From Macrostomum lignano (lineage: Eukaryota), in the NCBI GenBank assembly GCA_002269645.1, contig NIVC01002404.1:1-64000 (forward strand): DNA of 64,000 nucleotides, written 5' to 3'. The translations under genes and the position numbers were made by a program. The notes under the pieces are model-generated. The model saw only the letters and a list, made by a program, of their open reading frames with translations, was not told where the DNA came from and did no database searches. This document shows, piece after piece, positions 35,341 through 46,300 of this stretch (positions are counted from its first letter, which is position 1; the number at the start of each line of letters is the position of its first letter).

Positions 35341-35485
35341 CAACAATTATCGCGAATTTCAGGCCTCTGAATTTGTAAATAATGCGTATCGAAGTAATGC
35401 CAGACAGTATAGTAACAGCAGAACGCATGCCGAATTCAATAAATTTCACAGAAAACCAAATAAAAATTTTGCACCTCGTGTACAT

Positions 35486-38400
35486 ATGCCGCTTGCACCT
35501 AGTCATGCGTCTGCTAGCCACAGTAGGCCGAATAATAAAGTACAAAGTACAGTAATTCCGAATGAGCATTCGAAGAGAGAATTCGAAGAAGATACGGAGA
35601 GAAAAGGACGAGAAGCAGTCGTCAATGGAATGCTAAGAAACCGAAAGGTCTACTTCTTGCTAGACACAGGAGCTGGACATAATTTCCTAAGCAAGAGTAC
35701 TTGGAAAAAGATGTTCAGAAGTGATGAAATTGAGTTGACTACTCGAAGAGTGACTACGTTTGACGGATCAAGTGTGCGAATTGAAGGAGAAGTCAGAACG
35801 AAAATACGATTCGGAGAGATAGAGATTGAGACAGAGTTCCTGCTGTGCAATCACGAGTGTGACGACATACTCGGGATGGAGTTCTTCATGAACTTCTGCG
35901 ACAGCATCAGCCTTTCCAGAGGAATGCTTGTATTAAAAGAAGGAACCTGCATCCCAATTCAGTTTACAAAATTACCCGTACGGGTTTGCCGAATCTACAG
36001 CCATAACAGCGTGACTATACCAGCGAATAGCGCTCTTCGAATTCCAATTAGAATGACTAAAGGATCAGAAGCCAACTATGGAACGCCAATGGTCATTGAC
36101 ACCATTGGAGGCCAAGTGACTACGAAGAGAAATTCCTTAGAGATGATTCCTACTCTAGTGACCATGAACGATGGAACAGGAGTAGTGGAAATAATCAATC
36201 GACAGAATGACGATATCAGACTGACAAGATCTACGCTGATTGGAGTGGCCAAACCCTTGAAGCCAGGAGGCCTGGCCTACTCTATTAACAGCAAAGGTCA
36301 AGCCAGTTCAGATGATACAATTAGGACAGTGAAGAGTGAAGAGAGTGAGTACAGCTGGATAAACGAGATCGATTTAGGAGAAGAGCTAACATCAGAACAG
36401 AAAGGACTAGTGATCGATTTGCTAAAGAAGAACAAGGAAGCATTTTCGCAGACCAACCAAGACATGGGTCTCACCCATCTTGTGACTCATGAAATATCTC
36501 TAAAAGATACCACACCGGTCAGGATTCCAACACGCAGAATTCCACCACATCTGCAAAAGCAAGTAGATGAGCAACTTGACGACATGCTTGCTAAGAACCT
36601 GATCCGACCGTGCTATAGTACTTATTCGACGCCGCTAGTGATAGTTCCTAAGAAGGATGGATCCATAAGAATCGTCAGTGACTTCAGGGTCCTGAATTCG
36701 AGAGTGAACTATTACCCATATCCATTACCGAACATACAAGAGACTTTCGCTCAGTTATCTGGAAGCAAGTACTTCAGTAGTCTAGATTTAAACTCTGGAT
36801 ACTGGCAGGTACCTATCAAAGAGGAGCACAAATTTATGACAGCCTTTTCCACCCTTACCAGAGGCCAGTTCGAATATCAGGTCATGGCACAGGGCTTGTC
36901 TAACGCTCCTGGTACATTCCAGAGACTCATGAATTTGGTGCTGATGGGAATACAGCACAAATTCGCAATGTCGTACATAGATGATATTGTGACATACTCA
37001 GAGAAATTCGAAGATCATCTCGGTCATCTGCAAGAAGTATTTCAAAGACTAATCTCAGCAGGACTAAAATTAAGACCAAAAAAGTGCAACTTGTTTCAGA
37101 AAGAGCTAAAGTACTTAGGGCATATCGTAGGAAGAGAAGGGATTAGAACAGACCCAGCTAAGATCGAAGCGATACAGTCATGGCCTACGCCGAAAGAGGT
37201 CAAAGAACTGCGAAGCTTCTTGGGGTTGTGTAACTACTACTGCAGATTTGTAAAGAATTACGCAGAGGCAGCGCATCCGCTATTTCAATTAACTAAGAAA
37301 GGTATTCAAAACTTTAGGGAAAAGTGGACCAAGAAACATGACGAGGCTTTCCAGCAGTTGAAGCAGAGAATGACATCGACCGAAGTACTCGCGTACCCAG
37401 AATTCTCAGAGAACGAGAATGTTCGAATGGTATTAGACACCGACGCAAGCGAAGACCGAATTGGTGCTTGCCTGGGTCAAATACAATCGGACGGGGTTGA
37501 AAGACCCATTGCTTACTTCAGCAGAGCAATGAAAGAGTCTGAGAAAAGATATCCGATTACCAGAAAAGAGCTATTAGCGCTAGTAGATGGCATGAAACAC
37601 TTCCGATTTTACCTAATTGGCAAAAGGTTTCTGGCCCGCACAGACCACAAGGCAATTCTATGGTTACTGCGCCAGACCGAAGCCCAAGGAATTCTCGGAA
37701 GATGGATTGAAAGACTGAGTGAGTTTCAATACGATATTGAGCACCGCAGTGGAGCCAAACATTCCAACGCAGATGGATTGTCACGGCGACCCTCGGAACC
37801 ACCAGTTGAACAGAAAGATGCTAAGATCAAAGAGAATGAGGCCGAAATTCCTAAGATGACAATAGAAACCAGCGCTGTGAAACAAGTCGTGACTAACAGC
37901 GTGAAAGATCAGAGTTGCCAGACCGACTTCACAGAAGAGTATGAATCAGATTCCGAAGACGAATTCGCAGATGATGAATACGAAGATGCCAGTGATCAGT
38001 TCGAAGATAATGATGACATCTATGAAGATGCAAGAGACTATTTCGAAGAGGAAGAGACAGTGTGCAGAAAGCTTCTGACAGATTACCTCTCGGTTCCATT
38101 GAAGAAAGAGCAGCTGACTTCAGCGCAGCATGCTGATCCTTCTATAAGAACCTTGATGGACTGGAAGCAGAAGAAAGTGCGTGAGCCGAAGTTGCCAGAA
38201 AATGCATCCGGAGAGTTGAAGAAGATGGTTAAGTTCTACGAGCAGATGAAAATCGAAGATGAAATGCTGACAGTCAGTGAAGACGGTAAACGGAAAGTAG
38301 TATTGCCAGAAAGGATTGAGAAAGATGTATTCAAAGAGCTGCATGACAGTCCGCTAGCAGGCCACCTAGGTCGGGACAAGACGCTACAGCGAGTCCGAGA

Positions 38401-39805
38401 CCGATTCTGGAGGCCGGGGTTAGTGACTGCAGTTGAAAAGTACATCGCAGAATGCATCCCGTGTCTGGAAAGTAAAAGCGGAAATAAAGTACGAGCACCG
38501 GTGCAGACCTTTCCGATATGCGAGCCATTTCATCGGCTGCACATAGATTTGATCGGTCCAATATCAAAGGAAAGCAGAAGAGGACACCGATATGTACTTA
38601 CTGTCGTAGATAGTACAACAAAGTTCCCATTCGCTTTTCCGGTTCGGAATCAGAAATCCGCGACTGTTATCAAAACGATACAAGAGAGAATTTTCAGCGA
38701 GTATGGCCAGTGTCAATGGATACACACTGATAATGGCAAGACTTTTGTAAGTCACCAATTTCAGGCATTCTGTACCCTATACGGCATTAAGCATACTTGC
38801 ACTACGCCTTACCATGCTCAGAGTAACGGGCTTGTCGAAAGATTTAACAAGCAAATTAAATCGATTGTAACCTGTTTGATTGAAAAGGATCATTCAGATT
38901 GGGATCTGCTCATACCCGCCGCTCTTGTAGCTGTGCGAACCAGTGTTAATCAAACTACTGGGTTCACACCACACTACTTACTATTCGGGAGAGAAGCAGA
39001 TTTGCCAATAGATAGCATTGTGAAAAGGCCAAGACTATACCGAGACTATCCTAGCTATGTGCTGGATCATGCGAAGAGAATCGAGGAGACAAAAGCAATT
39101 GTGCGAAGACAACTCGAAAAGGTGCGAGAGAAAAGGCAAGAGGACGAAGTTGAGAATCGTCAGCCTAAAAATGTGCCAGTTGGCTGTCTCGCTCTCATCA
39201 ACAATCCTCAACTTCACCAAGAGGAGAGCCACAAATTTCATCGAAAGAAAAGAGCAGCCTATCGAGTTCTTGCGAAGATATCTGATACAGTTTTCCGTGT
39301 GCAAAGAGAAATCAATGGCGAAAGGAGCGGAGAAAAACTATTAGTACATAGAAATAATCTGACTCCAGTGCCGAAATCCGAAATTGATTTACCAGAGGAA
39401 ATTAATAATAATTTAAAACCAGCACCAGTGCCAACTAAGAAGAAAGAACAGCCGAAGCCGAAGAAAAGAATTTGCCATAGACAAAAAGAAGTTAGAATTC
39501 CAGAAGTTCAAATTTTAGAGGAGGAAAGCTCAGACGAAGAAAACAGAATTCAATGGAGAGTATTCGCAGATCCGAATTCGCAGAGTGAAAACGAAGGAAA
39601 TGAAGAATTGAACAGTGAGAATACAGAGAGAGCGACTGACTCAGATGAGCCATCAGAAGAAGAAGAAGGAGCATTAGAGTTAGAGGAGGAACGAGTTCAG
39701 CCAGAGAATAGGTATAACTTTAGGATGACTCAGCGAAGGAGAGAAAGAGAAGGCGCGACAGGATTTGTGCCCCGAAGGCGCTACGCGAAATATTTAGCAC
39801 CTTAA
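35486..39805 (+). CDS. pol: Pol (copy 1): protease, reverse transcriptase, RNase H, integrase; probably expressed as Gag-Pol from 35294
   Basis: LLDTGA (PR), SLDLNSGYWQ / MAQGL / YIDD (RT), LDTDAS / KELLAL (RH), HHCC and IDLIGP / TDNG / NGLVERFN (IN). Intact ORF. Confidence 0.97.
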   Translation: MPLAPSHASASHSRPNNKVQSTVIPNEHSKREFEEDTERKGREAVVNGMLRNRKVYFLLDTGAGHNFLSKSTWKKMFRSDEIELTTRRVTTFDGSSVRIEGEVRTKIRFGEIEIETEFLLCNHECDDILGMEFFMNFCDSISLSRGMLVLKEGTCIPIQFTKLPVRVCRIYSHNSVTIPANSALRIPIRMTKGSEANYGTPMVIDTIGGQVTTKRNSLEMIPTLVTMNDGTGVVEIINRQNDDIRLTRSTLIGVAKPLKPGGLAYSINSKGQASSDDTIRTVKSEESEYSWINEIDLGEELTSEQKGLVIDLLKKNKEAFSQTNQDMGLTHLVTHEISLKDTTPVRIPTRRIPPHLQKQVDEQLDDMLAKNLIRPCYSTYSTPLVIVPKKDGSIRIVSDFRVLNSRVNYYPYPLPNIQETFAQLSGSKYFSSLDLNSGYWQVPIKEEHKFMTAFSTLTRGQFEYQVMAQGLSNAPGTFQRLMNLVLMGIQHKFAMSYIDDIVTYSEKFEDHLGHLQEVFQRLISAGLKLRPKKCNLFQKELKYLGHIVGREGIRTDPAKIEAIQSWPTPKEVKELRSFLGLCNYYCRFVKNYAEAAHPLFQLTKKGIQNFREKWTKKHDEAFQQLKQRMTSTEVLAYPEFSENENVRMVLDTDASEDRIGACLGQIQSDGVERPIAYFSRAMKESEKRYPITRKELLALVDGMKHFRFYLIGKRFLARTDHKAILWLLRQTEAQGILGRWIERLSEFQYDIEHRSGAKHSNADGLSRRPSEPPVEQKDAKIKENEAEIPKMTIETSAVKQVVTNSVKDQSCQTDFTEEYESDSEDEFADDEYEDASDQFEDNDDIYEDARDYFEEEETVCRKLLTDYLSVPLKKEQLTSAQHADPSIRTLMDWKQKKVREPKLPENASGELKKMVKFYEQMKIEDEMLTVSEDGKRKVVLPERIEKDVFKELHDSPLAGHLGRDKTLQRVRDRFWRPGLVTAVEKYIAECIPCLESKSGNKVRAPVQTFPICEPFHRLHIDLIGPISKESRRGHRYVLTVVDSTTKFPFAFPVRNQKSATVIKTIQERIFSEYGQCQWIHTDNGKTFVSHQFQAFCTLYGIKHTCTTPYHAQSNGLVERFNKQIKSIVTCLIEKDHSDWDLLIPAALVAVRTSVNQTTGFTPHYLLFGREADLPIDSIVKRPRLYRDYPSYVLDHAKRIEETKAIVRRQLEKVREKRQEDEVENRQPKNVPVGCLALINNPQLHQEESHKFHRKKRAAYRVLAKISDTVFRVQREINGERSGEKLLVHRNNLTPVPKSEIDLPEEINNNLKPAPVPTKKKEQPKPKKRICHRQKEVRIPEVQILEEESSDEENRIQWRVFADPNSQSENEGNEELNSENTERATDSDEPSEEEEGALELEEERVQPENRYNFRMTQRRREREGATGFVPRRRYAKYLAP

Positions 39806-40054
39806 ATCATGACGTAAGCAATTTCCCATAAGAAACAGTGTTAAATAGTTAAAATTCCGTATTAGAATTACTTATCTGCTTATAAAATTTAACATATGTA
39901 CATAGAGCGAATCTGTAAATACCATATTAATCTACAAAATGCGATCTTTAATTTGATACTTTACTCAAGAAAATCTATCAAAAAAAAAAAAAGTTATAAA
40001 AAGAAATAGAAAATCCATAAAAATTTAGTTGTCAAATCTGTCAAATCTGGCATG

Positions 40055-40120
40055 CCCCGCCCCACGCGCGAGGGAGTGCTTCGAAGAGGTCCAGTTTTTC
40101 GGCCCGCCAGCCTATAAATA
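40055..40120 (+). promoter_or_regulatory. Internal Pol II promoter for ORF3: GC box plus TATA (second copy 47953-48019)
   Basis: CCCCGCCCC at 40055-40063 and TATAAATA at 40113-40120, ~85 nt upstream of the ORF3 ATG. Confidence 0.6.
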
Positions 40121-40202
40121 CGAGCACCCGCAGGCCCCACAGATCCCATAGCTCACTGCTAGCTTCCTTTCTATTCTAAGAGCCATTCGCAGAGAAATCA
40201 AA

Positions 40203-41077
40203 ATGAACAACTCTATTGATATCTTGGACGAGTTAATTGGCAATCTGTCAGACGATATGGAGCCCCAGCCAGCGCCCAACACCGATGAAAATGAGGCACC
40301 GCTTCGATGTGCAACACGTCCAAAGGCGCCTGGTGTATCCAGCAAACGGCCAAGAACATCATCGCCAGCTTCATCGCTTGCCGCCAAATGAGGGTCGAAG
40401 GCCCCGAGCAGAAGCGCGCCGCCCTGGTGGCAGCACAGGCAGCTGCGCCCGTGCGCTCCTATGTTGTCAAGGCCACGCCAGGATCGTCGACATCAAGCCG
40501 AACGCAGCAGTTGGTGTCACCGCCAGCTGCCCCATCATCGAGAAAGACCCCGGCACCACGGCAGAAGAAATCGACAGCTGCGACACCGCCAGCTCAGCAG
40601 CCAGCGTCGCAGCCGAGCCTGCAATCAGCGCAGCAGTCAGCGCTGCAGCCGAGCCTGCAATCAGCGCAGCAGTCTAGCCAGCCATCAGCACTACAGCCGA
40701 GCCAGCAGCAATCGAATTCGCAGAGAGATTTTCATCGCATCGTCCGAGAACTTGTGGAGACTCGCGGAGCAGAGGTGGAAAAGCTACGCTTCCACATTGA
40801 GCAATACGCACTGAAAGTAGCGTACCACCGATCCGACAGCCGACAGCGCTACCCCCAATGCTCGCAAATTTGGACACACCTGAAGTTTCTGAGGGATCAA
40901 TTCAGTTACCAGGAAGCTGTCGCTGTTCTCCAGGACGTCGCCTATCGCCTCCAGCGAGCTATAAGAGCCAACCCGCCGCCAGCGCTGACGGTCCTCGACG
41001 AAGAGTACCGATGGTTTTTCGCTCAAGTCGGCTGGCCCTACTATCGCGACCTCCCGGAGCCCTGCATGTTTATCTGA
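40203..41077 (+). pseudogene. ORF3 copy 1, split by a 1-bp deletion near 40377 (40203-40391 and 40307-41077)
   Basis: TCATCGCTTGCC here versus TCATCGTCTTGCC in copy 2; otherwise identical. Confidence 0.8.
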
Positions 41078-41350
41078 ACTATTGAGGTGAACTAACTTTT
41101 GCGTTGCCTTTAATAACAATTTTGCCTTTTATAATACTTTTATAATAGTTCGTTTTGCTTCCATAATAGTTCTCACTTTAATGGTTTACCTACATAATAG
41201 TTCTATCACAACCATTTTATGCACCAATTGTTTTAGCACTGAATTGTGTTTTCTGCACCTTGCTTTGCACCTTTTCACCTGCATTTTCCTACGATATCAA
41301 TTTTTCACTGTATACATATAATATAGTATTTCGTTCAAAATTTGATATAT

Positions 41351-41362
41351 AGAGGAGGAAAG
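41351..41362 (+). promoter_or_regulatory. Polypurine tract (also 49251-49262)
   Basis: AGAGGAGGAAAG immediately 5' of LTR2 and LTR3. Confidence 0.9.
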
Positions 41363-41363
41363 T

Positions 41364-42094
41364 TGTACTAGTGCTATAGTATACTCGAATGTTCTTTCAA
41401 TGTAATAACTGTATATTCGAATCTTTCTTAGAAACTGAATCTACGCGAACGCCAAATAATAGTTTGTTTTAATGCGCGAAATAAATTGGAGAATTATTTT
41501 TTGTTTTAATCGTATGTGGGGAAAATCACTATATATAGGAGCGGTTTTGCGACAAATATACTCCAACTGTCTTTTACTCGTGAGCAAATAATTGCGAACA
41601 GAATAAGCAGTTCAATCTAAACCATTTCAAAGTCTTTGAGCTAAATAGCGACTTATTTATTTGCAAAACCTGTGAAACGATTCTAAGAAATTTGCTAAGA
41701 GAAGGGAATTGGGACTAATTCTTGGAGATATACCAAGAGAGGCGCCGTGACCCTCTAGTCTGGTGAACGCCCGATTAGGACTATACACTAATACATATAC
41801 CAGTACTAGACCGCTCAGGCCATAAGCTACTAGAACGCTACCAGAAAGCAAGCCATAAGCTACCAGAAACGCTACTAAGAACGCTACCCAGAAATATTTA
41901 AATGAAATTCTAAGAAATAGTTAGGGAGTAAAAGCAAGTATAATCAGGATAACTGTAGTTGGCAAATCGGTGGGATTAAAATTGATAAAGTAAGAGGTGA
42001 AAGGCCTGTAACAACTTTGGTGGCAGCTCGTAGGATATTTAATAAACACTAATAGTTAGAAGTTTAGAAAGACAGAGCCAAAAGGCCTGTCACA
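41364..42094 (+). repeat. LTR2 (731 bp, shared central LTR)
   Basis: Preceded by the PPT and followed by the PBS. Carries a 1-bp deletion and one substitution relative to LTR1. Confidence 0.95.
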
Positions 42095-42195
42095 GCTGGT
42101 GGCAGCGATAAGGATTAGAGAAACGGCGCGAACTCTTAAAACTAGATTCAGAAGAATTCCGAAGAATAATTTGAAAAGTTTTTCATAGAGAGAAG

Positions 42196-43200
42196 ATGAA
42201 TCAGAATCAGGCTAATGATGCCATCGCCATGCTGGCAGAAGAATTGCGAAACCGACTAGAGATAGGGCCGATGAGACACGTTAAGATTCAGAAATTCACA
42301 CCTACGCAAGACATTCGGATCTGGCTAACAGCCTTCGATCAGCGCTGTGAAGTAGAAGGGATAGATGAGGAACATAGGAAGCAGGAATTGCTAGCTAATC
42401 TGGACCTGTCCACTGCATTCGCAGCGGTACAGCGCCTAAATCTGCCCGAGGATCTTGAATACGAAGAGTTCAAAGAGCGACTGATTGAGCGATTCGGAAG
42501 AATCGGTAGTTCCGCAGAATTCAGAGAGGAGTTTCGTGGAAGAATGCAAGGCAGAAATGAGCCTGTAGAGACTTTCGCAGACTGTTTGATCGAGCTGGCA
42601 TCGCGTGCATTTCCGAATATGACGGTTGAGCAAAGGGAAGAAGAAATTGTTGAGCAATTCATCAAGGGAATCAGAATTCCGTCAGAGACCCGTGAGAAGC
42701 TAATCTTTGCGCAGCCAGGCAATTTACAAGAGGCTAGAAGAATGCTAAGAAGGATGGAGGCTGCGTGGAACATGTCTCACAAGAATGTCAACATGAGAAT
42801 GGCCAAAGGCGAAGGCGAGAGTGAGCAGAAGGCAGATCAGGAAAAGCTTGAGGACATCATCAAGAAGCAGAGAGCAGAGTTAGAGCAACAGAAGAAGGCG
42901 ATTGAGGAGCTGATGGAAGAGAAGAGAGCTAGCCGTCAGCAGTATCATCCGCAGAATCAATATCAAACGTACGCTCAGGTCGCTGGACCGCCGCAGCAGC
43001 CGAGATATCGGCCGCAGCAGCAGCAGCAGCAGCAGCCAGTATGGCGCGGTCAGCCTCAGTTCAACAGGCAGCCACAGCAACAGCAGCAGCCTCGAGCCTG
43101 CTACAATTGCGGGAAGCTTGGCCACATGGCGAGGAATTGCCAGAGCGCTAGGCCAAACGGTCAGCGAGTGATGGACTACCAGAAGCAGCAGGGAAACTGA
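42196..43200 (+). CDS. gag: Gag (copy 2)
   Basis: Protein identical to copy 1. Confidence 0.93.
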   Translation: MNQNQANDAIAMLAEELRNRLEIGPMRHVKIQKFTPTQDIRIWLTAFDQRCEVEGIDEEHRKQELLANLDLSTAFAAVQRLNLPEDLEYEEFKERLIERFGRIGSSAEFREEFRGRMQGRNEPVETFADCLIELASRAFPNMTVEQREEEIVEQFIKGIRIPSETREKLIFAQPGNLQEARRMLRRMEAAWNMSHKNVNMRMAKGEGESEQKADQEKLEDIIKKQRAELEQQKKAIEELMEEKRASRQQYHPQNQYQTYAQVAGPPQQPRYRPQQQQQQQPVWRGQPQFNRQPQQQQQPRACYNCGKLGHMARNCQSARPNGQRVMDYQKQQGN

Positions 43201-43382
43201 GTAGCGAGGGCCGCTTTGCGAGGCCACGTCCCTCTAGCAACAATTATCGCGAATTTCAGGCCTCTGAATTTGTAAATAATGCGTATCGAAGTAATGCCAG
43301 ACAGTATAGTAACAGCAGAACGCATGCCGAATTCAATAAATTTCACAGAAAACCAAATAAAAATTTTGCACCTCGTGTACAT

Positions 43383-46300
43383 ATGCCGCTTGCACCTAGT
43401 CATGCGTCTGCTAGCCACAGTAGGCCGAATAATAAAGTACAAAGTACAGTAATTCCGAATGAGCATTCGAAGAGAGAATTCGAAGAAGATACGGAGAGAA
43501 AAGGACGAGAAGCAGTCGTCAATGGAATGCTAAGAAACCGAAAGGTCTACTTCTTGCTAGACACAGGAGCTGGACATAATTTCCTAAGCAAGAGTACTTG
43601 GAAAAAGATGTTCAGAAGTGATGAAATTGAGTTGACTACTCGAAGAGTGACTACGTTTGACGGATCAAGTGTGCGAATTGAAGGAGAAGTCAGAACGAAA
43701 ATACGATTCGGAGAGATAGAGATTGAGACAGAGTTCCTGCTGTGCAATCACGAGTGTGACGACATACTCGGGATGGAGTTCTTCATGAACTTCTGCGACA
43801 GCATCAGCCTTTCCAGAGGAATGCTTGTATTAAAAGAAGGAACCTGCATCCCAATTCAGTTTACAAAATTACCCGTACGGGTTTGCCGAATCTACAGCCA
43901 TAACAGCGTGACTATACCAGCGAATAGCGCTCTTCGAATTCCAATTAGAATGACTAAAGGATCAGAAGCCAACTATGGAACGCCAATGGTCGTTGACACC
44001 ATTGGAGGCCAAGTGACTACGAAGAGAAATTCCTTAGAGATGATTCCTACTCTAGTGACCATGAACGATGGAACAGGAGTAGTGGAAATAATCAATCGAC
44101 AGAATGACGATATCAGACTGACAAGATCTACGCTGATTGGAGTGGCCAAACCCTTGAAGCCAGGAGGCCTGGCCTACTCTATTAACAGCAAAGGTCAAGC
44201 CAGTTCAGATGATACAATTAGGACAGTGAAGAGTGAAGAGAGTGAGTACAGCTGGATAAACGAGATCGATTTAGGAGAAGAGCTAACATCAGAACAGAAA
44301 GGACTAGTGATCGATTTGCTAAAGAAGAACAAGGAAGCATTTTCGCAGACCAACCAAGACATGGGTCTCACCCATCTTGTGACTCATGAAATATCTCTAA
44401 AAGATACCACACCGGTCAGGATTCCAACACGCAGAATTCCACCACATCTGCAAAAGCAAGTAGATGAGCAACTTGACGACATGCTTGCTAAGAACCTGAT
44501 CCGACCGTGCTATAGTACTTATTCGACGCCGCTAGTGATAGTTCCTAAGAAGGATGGATCCATAAGAATCGTCAGTGACTTCAGGGTCCTGAATTCGAGA
44601 GTGAACTATTACCCATATCCATTACCGAACATACAAGAGACTTTCGCTCAGTTATCTGGAAGCAAGTACTTCAGTAGTCTAGATTTAAACTCTGGATACT
44701 GGCAGGTACCTATCAAAGAGGAGCACAAATTTATGACAGCCTTTTCCACCCTTACCAGAGGCCAGTTCGAATATCAGGTCATGGCACAGGGCTTGTCTAA
44801 CGCTCCTGGTACATTCCAGAGACTCATGAATTTGGTGCTGATGGGAATACAGCACAAATTCGCAATGTCGTACATAGATGATATTGTGACATACTCAGAG
44901 AAATTCGAAGATCATCTCGGTCATCTGCAAGAAGTATTTCAAAGACTAATCTCAGCAGGACTAAAATTAAGACCAAAAAAGTGCAACTTGTTTCAGAAAG
45001 AGCTAAAGTACTTAGGGCATATCGTAGGAAGAGAAGGGATTAGAACAGACCCAGCTAAGATCGAAGCGATACAGTCATGGCCTACGCCGAAAGAGGTCAA
45101 AGAACTGCGAAGCTTCTTGGGGTTGTGTAACTACTACTGCAGATTTGTAAAGAATTACGCAGAGGCAGCGCATCCGCTATTTCAATTAACTAAGAAAGGT
45201 ATTCAAAACTTTAGGGAAAAGTGGACCAAGAAACATGACGAGGCTTTCCAGCAGTTGAAGCAGAGAATGACATCGACCGAAGTACTCGCGTACCCAGAAT
45301 TCTCAGAGAACGAGAATGTTCGAATGGTATTAGACACCGACGCAAGCGAAGACCGAATTGGTGCTTGCCTGGGTCAAATACAATCGGACGGGGTTGAAAG
45401 ACCCATTGCTTACTTCAGCAGAGCAATGAAAGAGTCTGAGAAAAGATATCCGATTACCAGAAAAGAGCTATTAGCGCTAGTAGATGGCATGAAACACTTC
45501 CGATTTTACCTAATTGGCAAAAGGTTTCTGGCCCGCACAGACCACAAGGCAATTCTATGGTTACTGCGCCAGACCGAAGCCCAAGGAATTCTCGGAAGAT
45601 GGATTGAAAGACTGAGTGAGTTTCAATACGATATTGAGCACCGCAGTGGAGCCAAACATTCCAACGCAGATGGATTGTCACGGCGACCCTCGGAACCACC
45701 AGTTGAACAGAAAGATGCTAAGATCAAAGAGAATGAGGCCGAAATTCCTAAGATGACAATAGAAACCAGCGCTGTGAAACAAGTCGTGACTAACAGCGTG
45801 AAAGATCAGAGTTGCCAGACCGACTTCACAGAAGAGTATGAATCAGATTCCGAAGACGAATTCGCAGATGATGAATACGAAGATGCCAGTGATCAGTTCG
45901 AAGATAATGATGACATCTATGAAGATGCAAGAGACTATTTCGAAGAGGAAGAGACAGTGTGCAGAAAGCTTCTGACAGATTACCTCTCGGTTCCATTGAA
46001 GAAAGAGCAGCTGACTTCAGCGCAGCATGCTGATCCTTCTATAAGAACCTTGATGGACTGGAAGCAGAAGAAAGTGCGTGAGCCGAAGTTGCCAGAAAAT
46101 GCATCCGGAGAGTTGAAGAAGATGGTTAAGTTCTACGAGCAGATGAAAATCGAAGATGAAATGCTGACAGTCAGTGAAGACGGTAAACGGAAAGTAGTAT
46201 TGCCAGAAAGGATTGAGAAAGATGTATTCAAAGAGCTGCATGACAGTCCGCTAGCAGGCCACCTAGGTCGGGACAAGACGCTACAGCGAGTCCGAGACCG

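Noticed and set aside
34442-39674. Short antisense ORFs within gag/pol (repeated in copy 2)
   Set aside because: Shadow ORFs of a long coding strand; their identity between copies only reflects the duplication.
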